A stretch of DNA of 64,000 bases from the human T2T-CHM13v2.0 reference genome, Homo sapiens: assembly GCF_009914755.1 (NCBI RefSeq), contig NC_060927.1. One strand, written 5' to 3'. The notes under the pieces were generated by a model. That model saw only the letters and a program-made list of their open reading frames with translations, had not been told where the DNA came from and searched no databases. This document shows, piece by piece, positions 28,466-42,022 of this stretch. A program made the translations under genes and the position numbers. How positions within the stretch are numbered: the stretch's first letter is position 1; each line of letters begins with the position of its first letter.

Positions 28466-30599
28466 CTGAAAATACACACCAAGTATCCTGCAAGTTACTT
28501 TGGGAAATGTCTGTTATTTCTTTTTTCCACCATAGCGTGAAGAGATTTAATGCTACTGAAACTTCTGTCAGCTGTTAAACTTATCTTCTTGTGGGAAAAA
28601 AAATCAGCCACACTCACAGCATTTAGAACATTAATAAGATGCTTTATAAATATGGTTGGTTGAATGGGTGTACTGCCTACTCCTACACCTTTACTTATGT
28701 CATTCCATCCTCTTTGTATACGCTGGTGAGCATCTTCAGTGCACGTCACCTGGGAAGCTCATTAAAAATTCAATCCTTAGGCCCTACTCCATAAATTTTG
28801 ATTGACTAATCTGAGAGAGAGCCCAGGAGGAATATACATTTTAACTAGCAGCCCAAGTATTCTACTTTGAGAAACAAAGCTGTATACTCAACACCACCTG
28901 TATGTGCCTGTGCAACAGGCATTTGCCTTCAGCATGATGCCATTACTAATTGCCTCCAGAAGACAAACGTTGCTTTTAGGAACCCTATGTGGCATATACT
29001 CTATTTGTTTGGGTCCTGTCTCATGTCCCTTCCCTGTTGAATGCTTTATTGTCTTTGCATAAAAGACACACAGGGATTGTCCCAGGGTGGCTGCTTGTAG
29101 ATTAGAGGTATATTCAAGGGAGATAGGAATATTTTAAGGACTACTTGCATTGTGCTTGGAGTAACACGCCATACTTTTACTTCATGGTTTAGCGTGTACT
29201 TCAAATAAAAGCTCAGAAGTAAAACAGCTATAAGAGCACTGAGGTTCTTGTTGAAATAATTTTACCTTAATGAATTACCAAGACCTTGTAAGAACCAGAA
29301 TGGGGACCTTACAGGTCATGCACTCAGGAATATTAAAAGGTCATCTTCTGGGGGACTTTATAATCAAACTTTAAGAAAAACAAAAGTTGTATTCCTAGTG
29401 TCTGCACACAGCCAGAAAAAGATTTTCTGCTTTCTGGAAAGTTGAGATGGTAATAACATTTCTCAGCATGTAACATCTAGTTAGTAGAAAGAGTGGTTGA
29501 CAGCTGAGACTAAAGATATTAACCTGAAACAAAACACATCATAAATGACAAAATAGTTTTATCATTAATGCATGAAAACTTTAAATAGTACGATTATTTC
29601 TAAATACTGCTTTTAATAATATTGTGATACAAATTTTAAAATTAGAAATATGCAAAGAACTTTATAGTATAACCAATTACCCCTACTGGAAGTAGTTTTA
29701 ACTACTTAAATTTTAAGTAAAGTGGAAACTAAACTCTTAAACTGGTTTTTAAAATGCACTAAGTAGAGCTAAGAAAATACACCAACTCTTTTCTGATATA
29801 TATTTAAATTACTGAATTATAGAGCCAAGTTACAACTTTTCATAAACAAAGCAGTCTGGGCTTTGACTTCAGAGATGTTCCGCCCTGCACTAACCCTATG
29901 GCTTTGGTCGAAAGGTTTCTGACCTTTTCTACAGTCTGTCTGACTTATCTGTAAAATGGTCATTATAATGACTTGTATAAGATGTTTCATCAAACCCACC
30001 AGTCCACAGTCCCTTCCAAAAGGGGAAGTACTCAACTCACAGCCCTTAACGTTAGTTAGGTTTTATCCCATGTGACAACTACTTTCCCTCTTCCCCAGGG
30101 GGAGCGAAAGCACAAGCCTGCAGAAGCAGCTGCCCCGAGAGGCAGAGATGCCCAGAGAGAGACTGGTCTTGGCTGCCTTACTCCTTAAGAATGATCCACT
30201 TTTGTGTCTCCTTATGATTAACCTCCCATTGGTTAACTTGAATGGTGCTCTGTCCATTGCAACTAACATAACCAAAATGAAACCCTATCCCATGTGGTTA
30301 TTGTGGGAATTAAATGAGAGACTATAAAGTTTTTATTAACAACAGCTGGCCAAAGCAGATAATGTATTACAAGATCTAAAAAACAAAATGAATAGGTACT
30401 ATCACAAGGTTTCTATACTTGTACTTGCATTTGTGTTTGGAATCACATGAGCACCTGGTACATTTATAATTTTCAGGGGCTAATTAGAACCATTAGCACT
30501 GAGCTAAATTCAGAATTGATAAGTTTATGCCAAGAGAAAGCTGGGTGATAGCAGAGCGCAGAGAATGAACTAAAATTTCACTCTATTTTGAATCCAGGT

Positions 30600-31600
30600 A
30601 AATGATGAGAACACTTAAGTCATCTCTACTTAGCAAGGAATATAAGCAGCCTGCTATACTCATGGATTCAGTTGGATTTCCATGTGGGGGGAAAAGGTAT
30701 CCTGATCCCTATTTCACACCATACGCACCCACAAAAAACCAATTCTAGATACATTATAGATCTAAATGTGAACAGCAAAAAAACATTTTCATGACCGTGG
30801 AGTAGGCAGTTTCCTAAGCAGTTCACAAAAGTGGTAACCATAAATAATAAAAATTTAAATTAGAGTATATTAAGAACTTCTGTTCATCAAAACATACTAA
30901 AGAGTGAATAAACAATGGGAGAGACTATTCACAATATGTTATTTGACAAAGGACCCGTATATGATAAAAATGAGCAAAAAACTGTACAGAAACTTCATAT
31001 AATAGAGTATCACATGGCTAATGAACACATGGAAATGGAAGATTGGAAAGAACCCAAATGCTCATAAGCTGTGTAATGAAAAAAAATGTTCTTAAGTGTA
31101 TAATGGTAATATACCAAAATAGAAAAATGTTACAGCAATGAGAAATGAATGATCAACTACTCACAGCAATGTGAATGAATCTCATGTGGAATAAAAGCCA
31201 GATGAAAGAATTCATTTCTAAAGTAATAATTCAGTTAAAACTATTGTGTTGTTAAACAGGAGAGTGATTATAGAGAGTTGCAGAGCGAGTGACTGGAACC
31301 AGACACTAGGAGAAGCTTCTAGGGTGGCGATAATGATTCATCTGGATCTTCTTTGCATGGATGTATAGACCTTGCAAAAATTTATCATGCTGTACGATTA
31401 TTTGGGCACTTTACTGTGTTTATACTCAAGGAAGCATGAATTGCAAAGGAACAAGATGAAACTTTAGGGGTTATGGATACATTGATTATTTTAATTGTAG
31501 GATGACTTCACAGATGTAGACATCTCAAAACTCATCAAAGTACACACTTTATGTGCACTTTACTGTACACTACTTATTTCTCAGTAAAGCCATTACATTT
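30600..31600 (+). mobile_element. Old L1M 3' fragments
   Basis: Degraded ORF2/3'UTR text (aagaacttctgttcatcaaaa, aaaactcatcaaagtacacac). Confidence 0.65.
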
Positions 31601-32108
31601 TTTTAAAAAAACTCCCCAACAGCACCATTTATGCTTGAGTAGAAATGTAATTTCAGCAAAACATTAATAATGTAGCTAGTTTGAATTTTATTGGTGTGGG
31701 TAAAGTTTTAATAAATCCCTTGTTTGAGACTGACTTACGCTCCACTTTCTAGTTTTGTACCCCTGGAAATGTGCTAAAGGTAGATTGTCAGTTGTGTTAC
31801 CAAGCATTATAAAAATGACTTATAAAATTGCATCTAAGCTTAAACTATATATAAATGAACTATAAACACCTGATGGGGACACCATATCTTGGGGCTTCCC
31901 TGAGTGCAGTGTCTTGTAAGTAGGATGTCCCTTGCAGGGACCTAGCTATGTTTATGGAATTATTATAAGAAAGACTGGATCCTATAGGGAACGGGGCTTT
32001 TAAGCTACTGAAACCTTTTCTTCTCCTTTATCTAACTGAGGTATAATTCATATGTCATAAAAGTCATCCTTTTAAAGCATACAATTCAGTGGGTTTAGTG
32101 TATATATA

Positions 32109-32372
<264 letters not shown>

Positions 32373-32458
32373 TAGTATATTTATAAACTTGTGCAGCCAT
32401 CACTAATTCCAAAACATTTTCTTCACCCCCAACCAAAGAAACCCTGGGGGTTTAACAG

Positions 32459-32520
32459 TCACTCGCCAATGCCAAGAAGGCTCTTGGACTCACTGCCCAA
32501 TGCCAAGAAGGCTCTTGCAC
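32459..32520. repeat. 31-bp tandem duplication (28/31 identical)
   Basis: tcactcgccaatgccaagaaggctcttggac / tcactgcccaatgccaagaaggctcttgcac. Confidence 0.9.
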
Positions 32521-32604
32521 TCATTCACTATGACATTCATCTCCTCCTGTCTGAGATGTGACTGAAGAGGAGGCTAAGAGGCTAGTTCCTGATCAGCTGT
32601 ATAG

Positions 32605-32830
32605 CCCAGGGAATGGCACTACTGATATTTTGGGCTAGAGATTCTTTGTTATGGGACACTTTCCTGTGCACTGTAAGACTTACAGGTTGTAAAATTTAGC
32701 AGCATCTTTGGCCTCTCCCCACTAGATACCGATAGCAACCACTACCCCTTCTACTCCCTAGGTAGGGACAACAAAAATGTCTCCAGGCATTGCCAGATGT
32801 CCTCTGGGGGACAAAATCACCAATGGTGAT
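32605..32830. mobile_element. MER20
   Basis: ggcactactgatattttggg...aaaaatgtctccaggcattgccagatgtcc. Confidence 0.75.
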
Positions 32831-33753
32831 AAAGCTTTGGTGTAGACTGATAACAGTGCTGGGAGAACTCTGACAGAAAAGGAAGACCTGACTTAAATCC
32901 ACTGGGAAGCTGTGGTTGCCGTCCTACATCCTTAAGTAGACTGGTGCCACGTGTGGTCTGTGAGTTTTGTGAGACTGAATATTTCATTGGATCTAAGAAG
33001 ATCCCCTAATGGGCATTGCAATTGTTTTTTTTTTAAGTTATCTCTATTTAATGTCTAAATCTAGTTCTTTTATCAGCATAGTTTCATATCTATTTGTAAT
33101 TTTAAATATATATGTAATATAAAAAGACAACACTGGGATCCATGAGAATTTTTTTCTCCTTGAAAAGGTGGTCTGGGTGTTACTCAGGTTTAAGCAACAC
33201 TAAGTTAGACTAAGAGTCATGTTTTCTGTATCAAACTAGGCAAATAACCATAATGACACAAAAACCTATTTTAAAAAAGGTATTCATTAATAAAAGTTAA
33301 AAAATTAGACCTTAGCATCAGTACTAACCTTATCTGAAATCCGATGTAGTCTGAGATGTTGTGCCTATGATTAGTGTCTATACACTTTTTTTGCAGTTGT
33401 GAATTTTTTTCCTTTTTTTTTCAGCCACGTAACCCATTCTATTGATAGCTAGTATTAACCTAGTAGTAATAACAATATAGTAGTAATAACTGTGACGATA
33501 ACACAGACTACTGAAGTACAGTGGAAATGGTAGATTTAGAGCTAAAAGAGCTAGGTTTGAGTCCTAGCACTGACACTTTCTGGCTAAGACATTACCTAGT
33601 TCACTCAAGTTCTAGATTTCTTAGCTACGACATGAGGGCAAGATAGCACTCAACCTCATCAGTTTGTTATAGTAAGTGAACTAATATAGAAGACAGCACT
33701 TTGTATCCTGTAAAGTACTTTACAAAAATTTCATTAGTATTACAAATACTTAC

Positions 33754-35055
33754 CTCAGTCAATCTGCTTAAGTCAGAATGATCCTTGGCCAGTTCTACTG
33801 CATCAATGATTGAGGTTCTGATATTTTTATTAATCCTTTCCACTTCACTGAAAGCTAGAGGCTGAGGAGGCAATGCATTCCAGGATGTCTTGTCCAGATG
33901 TGGTGAGGCATTTAAAAGAAGCCCATAGATGATTTGCCTGATGGGCTGAGATATTCTGTGGGCATTTGGTTGCTGCATGTTTTCCACCTGTGTGGGAAGA
34001 ATGGTCCGTCTTAGGACCAAAGCATCACTGATGAAAGGAGATAGCTGGCCTTTAGCTAAAGCCACTAATACCCATTCTGGTAAACCAAGATTCAAGGCAT
34101 CTGGACAGACATAAGTACCACACTGGAAGAAGTCCTGTAGCTTCACCTGGGACTGTTGGTATTCTTCCATGGAACAGCAGAGAAGTTCCTTAACATTTTC
34201 TCGATCCTTTTTTGGGAGGTATTTCAGAACATTATCTAGTGCTTCGGTAGGGTTGGCAAAATGAGACAACCAATTCAGAAGTCCCAGGATTCGGTGGTGT
34301 CTCCTCCCTTTAGAACTGGTAGCTCCAAGAGGAAGACGCGCTTTACTTAAGAATGTCTCCATGATGGGTAGATTAACATGGTCATTTCCACATAGCACCG
34401 CAAAGAGAGGTAGTAGAGCTTTATTCATATTGCTGAAGTGATGGCAGAATGCATCAAGGGAAAAGCATTTGGCAGGGATATAGTTTTGTGTGCCCTTAAT
34501 AGTGTTCATATTTCTCCACTGAAAGCTATTCAATGGGCAAAACCCAGTTTTCAGGTCAAAAATGCAAAAGTCACTATCTGATGATAACACAGGGCAATTC
34601 CAATGGTTAGCAAGTGTCATAATGTCCCGATCTGCTTCTGAAAAGCACTGGACAAAACACACCCGCAGCTTGATCAAAACCTGTATGAATACTTCCCGGA
34701 TGAGTAAGGGACATACGTACCCACTCCCACCAACAGAAAGGGAATGGGCCATCTGGATCTTCTCTCTAGCTCTATCCTTTAAAGTTGTAAGCTTTTTATC
34801 TGAAATGTCACATCCTCCATCTAATACAACATATGGGCATATATTACAAGCAAACAGTGATTCAAAGAATTTTTGTACAACATCTGCAAAAGAATCATAG
34901 TCCCCTCCATACCGGAGATCCAAGTTTGAACTGAAGCAAAGACGGTGGAAAAGAGCATAACCATCAATGACAATTTTTGTGTCCCGCAACTTCAAATCAG
35001 TGAAGAACTCATTACTATGATCTTCCACAAAACTCATTAGTCCTCGGATACCCAT
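33754..35055 (-). CDS. ASTE1: ASTE1 (asteroid homolog 1, XPG/FEN1-family PIN nuclease) first coding exon, 434 codons
   Basis: MGIRGL start; IDG, VLDG, EAD, SDSDF and LCGND XPG/FEN acidic motifs; donor GAG|gtaagt; exon acceptor at 35081-35082; four CDS exons total 2040 nt. Confidence 0.98.
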
Positions 35056-35222
35056 GATGACAGTCTAAAGAATTAATCGCCTGTTTAAAACAACAGAAAA
35101 CATTTTCAATTGATGCTAGTTATGGGGCACCAAGTCATTGCTTCCAGCACCATTAAATCAATAGCAAATGTTATGAAGTGCTCTTTAGATAGAACATAGA
35201 TATCAACATCATAAATTCTTAC

Positions 35223-35343
35223 CTAGATCCTCAAGCAATGTTAGCTGTGCTTTTTCATTCTCCTTTGCTTTCTGATACAAGGCACAAATTCAATGGTTTC
35301 ATGGGTTGTAATCTTTGGATGGTGACAGAGGCTGCTGCTAATT
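35223..35343 (-). other. ASTE1: ASTE1 non-coding 5'UTR exon (121 nt)
   Basis: ttttctttag acceptor and TAG|gtaaga donor. Confidence 0.7.
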
Positions 35344-36255
35344 CTAAAGAAAAATCAGTTGAAGTCCATTACTGACACACCAGTATAGAAGTTCTGTGAA
35401 CTTTGATTCTTAAGTGGTAATAGTCAACATCTTACAGCACAGAGTATTTGTTTTGTGGGGTCAAAGTAAAAAGTCCTAAGCTAAAAAAAAGATATCATAT
35501 TCATCTCATAATCACAAAGCATTTGGGCTTCAGTAAAGTAAGGTGTGTAGGACCTATGATAAGGATCAAGTTTTTCTTTTGTATTGACAATCAGTCACGG
35601 AACTTCTTTCAGGCTTTGGATTTGTGGGCCCTTCTTAATTGGCATAGTTTTTGGTATAAGGAAAACTGCTTCATGCCTCTAGGAACCCCTCTATCCAGTT
35701 ACACCCCTAACCACGAGCTCTTTTCATCATCTTATTTTGCATATCTGGCCCAGCTACGCTTCCTCACCTGGCTAACTTAACTCGCAGGATCAGAATTGAT
35801 GGTTTTTCTTTTGACACCTCGGGCTTCAATATGGCACAGCACGGTACTGTTACTATTACTTAAAATCGTGACATTTTGTCAGTCATGGATTTTTTTTGCT
35901 ATAATTTTGATTTTTAGAGATTGCATTAAAACTTACCTTGATTACTGAATTTTATTGGCATCCATTTACATTTTACACTTATCTCACCCTAGTTCCAGCC
36001 CTGTCAGTATCTCAGAACCTTATCCTGTATAGTACTTATTTCTTTGCAAGATAGTTTTGTAAAGCGTCCATAAGCAGAGACTGTGTCAAGGCGTCCTACG
36101 CAAATTACAGGACCTTGCACAGACAGTTGCATAGAGCTGCATAGGGGAAAGGCGGGCAAAAGGTCTGACCTAAGTCTTCAAACACAGGCCTTCATACACC
36201 GTGCCACCTCGGCCCTCACAACCCGCCGCCCGGACCTGCAGCAGAGCCCACCTAC

Positions 36256-36570
36256 TCTGTCCTCCCAGAGGAGTAGCTCCTCCATCAGAAGCCCGCTAGA
36301 GCCCAGCGAGGACTGGCTCCTGCACGTGAGAGTCCAATCTCAAGAGCGGGAATCGGAAGTCTCCCGGTGTGACGTCTCTGGGAAGTACAGTTCCGTGATG
36401 CCGGTGGCGCCAGACTGAGCCAAGGAGCAGGTGTTCTCGGGCCCAGAGGCGCTAAGTAGCTAAAGAGGGCTGGGACGTACGTTCCGAAATGGCTGCTGTC
36501 AGGCTAGGAAAGCTTGGCCCGCCGGTCCTCCTCTGCTTTCTCCGCCTACTTGGGTCGGCGAACACTTCCG
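36256..36570 (-). other. ASTE1: Probable ASTE1 first (non-coding) exon
   Basis: Donor GA|gtaggt at 36255-36254 inside the CpG island; TSS not visible. Confidence 0.5.
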
Positions 36571-36629
36571 CCTTGGTGCCGCCTCGCCCCGACTTCCCAG
36601 TATGCCCCGCGCCGTCTCCCTGGCCACGG

Positions 36630-36755
36630 TTCCAAACAGCCGTGGCCCGCGGTGTCTGGCGCTCGGTGGGTGTGGTTGCCCCTAGTTTGAGGCCTGCCCG
36701 ATTACCCGCAAGACTTGGGCAGCCCCGGGCGCCGCTCCGACCACGACAGGGAAAG
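36630..36755 (+). other. NEK11: Probable NEK11 first (non-coding) exon
   Basis: Donor AAG|gtaaag at 36756 (alternative AAG|gtaatg at 36809); TSS approximate. Confidence 0.55.
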
Positions 36756-37678
36756 GTAAAGCGAACTGTCCTCCTTGGGGCTAGCCAGGCTCCCCTGCGA
36801 GGGGGAAGGTAATGGTTTCAAGCTGCCCGGGCTGGGTTCCGAATCTCTAGGACGCCATGGCTGCGATCTCCTCGCTTTCCTGGACATCTTACCTCCGGAT
36901 GTACTCCAGTCTCAGTGCCCCTCAATAAACGTTAACCTGCTTTGCCAAAATGTAAATGTTTAAAAAGGTGAAGAAGCAAGGAATTGTTCGTTTTACCTTA
37001 AGGTTAAGATTTACTTTAAAGGTAGATTTGTGCTGTAGCAGAAACTGGTGACAAATTGCCTTCCTCTTATTACCTGGGAAGATAACTACTGGTTTTCAAC
37101 TTGTGATAAATACTCCTTCCGTTGTCTTTTGCCCCCAGCCAGATCTGTTTCACCGAGAAGGGGTAGTTTGCACAAGGTAGTAACTTTCTCCAAGTTCCCA
37201 TCTAGCTTTCTTAACTAACCTTTTTTCTCTCCTTTGGGCGGCAGTTGATCTGCTGGACACTTACTTGCCTTAACAAGGTTTGTTAAACACCTAGTATATG
37301 CCAGGAGGTATGCCAGGGATTGGGGATGCAGAAATAAAGAAGATGTGTTCGCAGTGCCCAAGTTCACTCAAACCTCGAGGGGGAGCGTGTTGTCAAGTGA
37401 ACAGATAGTTCTAGAATCTAGACAATGCGACACATTCTTGGGTAGGTTTATGGTTGCGCAGAGGAGACTAATGGAATGGATGACCTAAAAGTGGACTGGG
37501 ATGGGGGTGGCAGGGCTGAGTCTGTGAGGGTGGGCGGGAGGGAACCTAGTCCCAGAGTCTTCTGCAGCCTGGACCAGACTACTTAAGCACTGCTGGGTTT
37601 AGACTGTCCTTTAAAATAAGAGCCGCTAGAAGTGAACTTCTCATTCTGTCCGTCCCTAATTCTGTCCTTCTCTAAAAG

Positions 37679-37751
37679 GAACCTTAATCTCATCTTTAAA
37701 ATAAGGAGAATTACTGAGTGACCTGAAGGACCCTTTTCAGCTGGAAAGTCT
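37679..37751 (+). other. NEK11: NEK11 non-coding 5'UTR exon (73 nt)
   Basis: ccctaat branch point, pyrimidine tract, aag acceptor; gtaagt donor. Confidence 0.7.
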
Positions 37752-38293
37752 GTAAGTCCATATATTTATTTGAACAGCTTAGTATGGCCAGACGGCATCA
37801 CTTTTATGACAGTGAAGGGGAAGTAAAAACAAAAGGTATATTTAGAGGCCTGCTCTGTAGTTGTTTTTCCAGCAGATTTTACTAACGTGTCTTTGGAAGG
37901 GAAAAGAAAAAGCTGGTAACTAATCTCACTGGTATTAGGTACAACTTAACTGATTCATACATTTTAAGAAGGAAAATGTTGTAAATGGGCATTTACTTAT
38001 GTTCTGTTTTGAGGATTTTTGTGGTTAATTGCCCTAGTAGTTTTTGTGGTTGACGGACACCACCACGTAAAGCCCATTGACCATCCTTAAAAACTAGGTT
38101 TTTGTCTCATAGCTTTGGAATTGTTGAATATGAAAACCTAACTTCAAGGTGTAGGCAGTTTTCAATTTAAAATGTTATTTCTATATAGATTTAAAACAAA
38201 AGCACACTTTTCTTGATAACTAACAAAACATTTAACATTCTGATGAAATAAAAGTGATTTTACTTTGTACCTACTCATATGAAACAGTCCTGC

Positions 38294-38596
38294 CTTTCTT
38301 TTTTTTGTTTTTGTTTTTGTTTTTGTTGAGATGGAGTCTTACTCTGTCGCCCAGGCTGGAGTGCAGTGGCGAGATCTCACTGCAAGCTCCGCCTCCTGGG
38401 TTCACGCTATTCTCCTGCCTCAGCCTCCCGAGTAGCTGGGACTGCAGGCGCCCGCTACAATGCCCGGCTAATTTTTTTGTATTAGACGGGGTTTCACCGT
38501 GTTAGCCAGGATGGTCTCGATCTCCTGACCTCGTGATCCGCCCGCCTTGGCCTCCCAAAGTGCTGGTACTACAGGCGTGAGCCACTGCGCCCGGCC
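38294..38596 (-). mobile_element. Alu (AluY-like)
   Basis: CpG-rich reverse Alu; TSD aaacagtcctgccttt. Confidence 0.95.
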
Positions 38597-39451
38597 TAAA
38601 CAGTCCTGCCTTTCATAACTGCCACGTCTCATAGCTCCCTGAGGAATTACAGATTTATCTGTAGCATTTATATTCCACTGACATTAAATGGGATTTTAGG
38701 TTTGAATTGAATTTGTAACTCTTCCTGTTTTTAATCCAGAGAGATTATACACAATGTGTACAATAGGAACTTCAGAAACTAGAATTTGCTGAGCATGGGA
38801 AAAAATTCTCAATCCTTATCCTTCTTTGCATCTGTCCTAATAAATACAAAAACTGTGGTTTAACATCTACAGAAAAAAATAAATCTAAAGGAAACAGCAC
38901 CTGCTAATTCCTTGTTTAATCCTAACTCACTCTTTGTAAACCAAAGTAAATATAAGGTGAGAAGAGGGCATTACAAAAAGGTTGATGCAGATGTATAGAT
39001 TTAAGGAGGTGATAATGTTCTTGTATTTGGATTCTTTTATAAGTAGTTGGGGAGTATAAATCTTAAATAAATGAAGAGATTGCTCATTGTAAAACAGATG
39101 TACATCCCAGAAATTTGTGGAAAGTTGGCTATAATTCACTTCTGCCAAATTTCAATGTACAAAGGGAGGCTCTTCCTGTGAAAGATTGCCTTCTGGAATT
39201 TGTGGTATCTCTACCTTTTAACATTTTTTTTCAAGTTGTTAACCAATATGGTGTCAGTCTGCTGATCAAGGTGCAGATATCACTGCACTTAACACTTTTT
39301 GTTAGACATCGTTTAGCAACCTTTAGACCTGATCTTTTAACTTTTCATCTTTAAGGAACTGACCAACACTGGATGAATTTGACCATTTCTTAGGAGACTG
39401 GAATGTTAAGTTTCTATAAATGAATGAACCAGTTCTCTCTTGTTTGGAGCA

Positions 39452-39621
39452 ATGCTGAAATTCCAAGAGGCAGCTAAGTGTGTGAGTGGATCAACAGCCA
39501 TTTCCACTTATCCAAAGACCTTGATTGCAAGAAGATACGTGCTTCAACAAAAACTTGGCAGTGGAAGTTTTGGAACTGTCTATCTGGTTTCAGACAAGAA
39601 AGCCAAACGAGGAGAGGAATT
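39452..39621 (+). CDS. NEK11: NEK11 (NIMA-related kinase 11) first coding exon (exon 39356-39621)
   Basis: MLKFQEAAK...LGSGSFGTVYLV kinase Gly-rich loop; donor TT|gtaagt; rest of the gene lies beyond the window. Confidence 0.95.
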
Positions 39622-39700
39622 GTAAGTAAAAGTGCTTCCTATGAATCTTGAGTAGGCTGCTTTTTGTTTGCAGGTCTTAGCTGATTAGGAACATGGAGCA

Positions 39701-39989
39701 GGCCAGGTATGGTGGCTCATGCCTGTAATCCCAGCACTGTGGGTGGCCAAGGTTGGCAGATCACTTGAGGCGAGGAGTTCAAGACCAGCCTGGCCAACAT
39801 GGCAAAACCCTGTCTCTACTAAAAATACAAAAATTAGCCAGGCAGGGTGGTACATGCCTGTGATCTCAGCTACTTGGAGGTTGAGGCACAAGAATTGCTT
39901 AAACCCAGGAGGTGGAGGTTGCAGTGAGCCGAGATCATGCCACTGCCCTCCAGCCTGGGCAACAGAGCAAGACTGACAAAAAAAAAAAA
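39701..39989 (+). mobile_element. Alu (AluS-like)
   Basis: Alu dimer; TSD gaacatggag. Confidence 0.93.
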
Positions 39990-41623
39990 GAACATGGAGT
40001 AATGTCCACTTTGCTCTTTATACCAAAGCAAGTATTTCATAAATATAGGTAAGCTCCCTAATTAATCTTTCATATTAGGTTTAAAGGCATTTCAGCAGGT
40101 GAATAAAGTATCCAAATGACCTAAAGAAGGGAGCTAGAAATGGGATAGATTATGTGAAAATAAGATGTTTGGGCATGCCACAGTCTCAGTGACAATATTA
40201 CTTCCACTTAACTTGATTGGAACTTCTTGAATGAGAAAATAAGAATTGTTCATAATGACTATTTTTAGAAATGTTACAAAATGCAAATAAACAATTATTC
40301 ACATTTGAGATGAATAGGGTATACCAAAGAAAGTAACAGTATTAATTTTCTTTGGGCTTTCCATGGCGAGGATTTTCAAATTCCGTAGTCAGAAAGCTGT
40401 CAGATTAAACACTTAAACCAAATGGACACTCCTATTTAAAATTAGCTTATGTTAATGACCCCCTTGTCACCTCGTCTCTTTTGATTATGATCGGACCCTC
40501 TACACTTTCATAGTAGAGAAAAACTCTTAATAGCTTCAGACAGTACCTCCCTTACAGATAAACCTCTAGTTTTTGTGTAAAGTTTTTTTAATTTGCTGCA
40601 GTGGAAAGTAAGTTGGAACTGAAGTTAGGGTAAGAAACTTGCCTATCAGAAACACAGGAGGAACAGAAAGCAGAAGGAAGAATGATCCAAGATATCAGCC
40701 CTTAACCCCAGAAGACCACATTTTCATCCCATAATATATTGTTTTCTTCTAAGGTTTTAAGGCTACTCTAAGTTCTTCCAGCTTTTGCCTATTGGATATT
40801 TAAGAGTGGATTTAAAATCAGTGTGATAAACACTTTTCTACATCTTCATAGGTCATAGGAATTGTAAAGGTAAATGTTAGTGATGTTACTACTTTGTTTT
40901 AAAACTCAATCTTTTAAATGGTCTCTGTCCAGAATTTTTAAAAGCTGTAATTATCTAGAATTTATAGTTTTTAGTCAATTTCTACATGAGGGATGATAAA
41001 AGAGCTGGCATTTTTCTGATGTCCTTAGAACATGCATTATGATTCCTGCTGAAAAGGATTTTTTCTCTTTAATCCTAGAGGTGCTCTTCTAGCCATTTAG
41101 AATAGAATGATAAATTTCTGACAATTATTAGATAACCTTTATGGAAACATTGAGAGTAAGACCTAAACCAGACCCAGTACTTCTAAAAACTACACTGTAG
41201 GATCATATCCAATTTTGGTTTCTTCAACTAATGAGGAATATGAAAAATTTTAAGATAATTCACAGGAGGACTAAAAAGTTAATTAAAAGGATGTAAAATA
41301 AGATGTATGAAGATCAAACTTGAAACCTTTAGACTTAAGATAATAAGTGAGTGGAGAGAGTGTGTTTGTAGTCAGCGGGGAAGAGAGAGAGAAAGAGAAT
41401 GAGAGAGAAGAAAGGGGGCTGGGGCTGGTTGGTTGGCAAGTGATTTGTTAGTGATCTTTCTTGTACCTGAACCAATCTTAAAAAAACACATGACTGGAGC
41501 TGAAGATGGCAGACATGTTTGTGGAATGAATCCAGTGGTGAGGATAACGGACAAAAATCATTTGGCACCAGAAGGTCTAGTCCACAATCTCTGGGAAAGG
41601 AATCATTCATCATCAGAATCTAA

Positions 41624-42022
<399 letters not shown>

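Larger units (their letters stand above)
36200..36900. promoter_or_regulatory. CpG island / bidirectional ASTE1-NEK11 promoter
   Basis: CpG-dense; ETS CGGAAGT (36354) and ACTTCCG (36564), CRE-like TGACGTC (36370), E-box CACGTG (36323), YY1-like AAATGGC (36487); genes head-to-head. Confidence 0.88.

Noticed and set aside
33667-33753. C-terminal 28 aa of the 462-aa ORF
   Set aside because: Intron read-through past the consensus GAG|gtaagt donor; the spliced CDS sums cleanly to 679 aa
34562-34900. 112-aa + strand ORF
   Set aside because: Antisense shadow of the ASTE1 coding exon; no splice or promoter support
36083-36963. ORFs across the CpG island
   Set aside because: Expected from stop-codon scarcity in GC-rich promoter DNA
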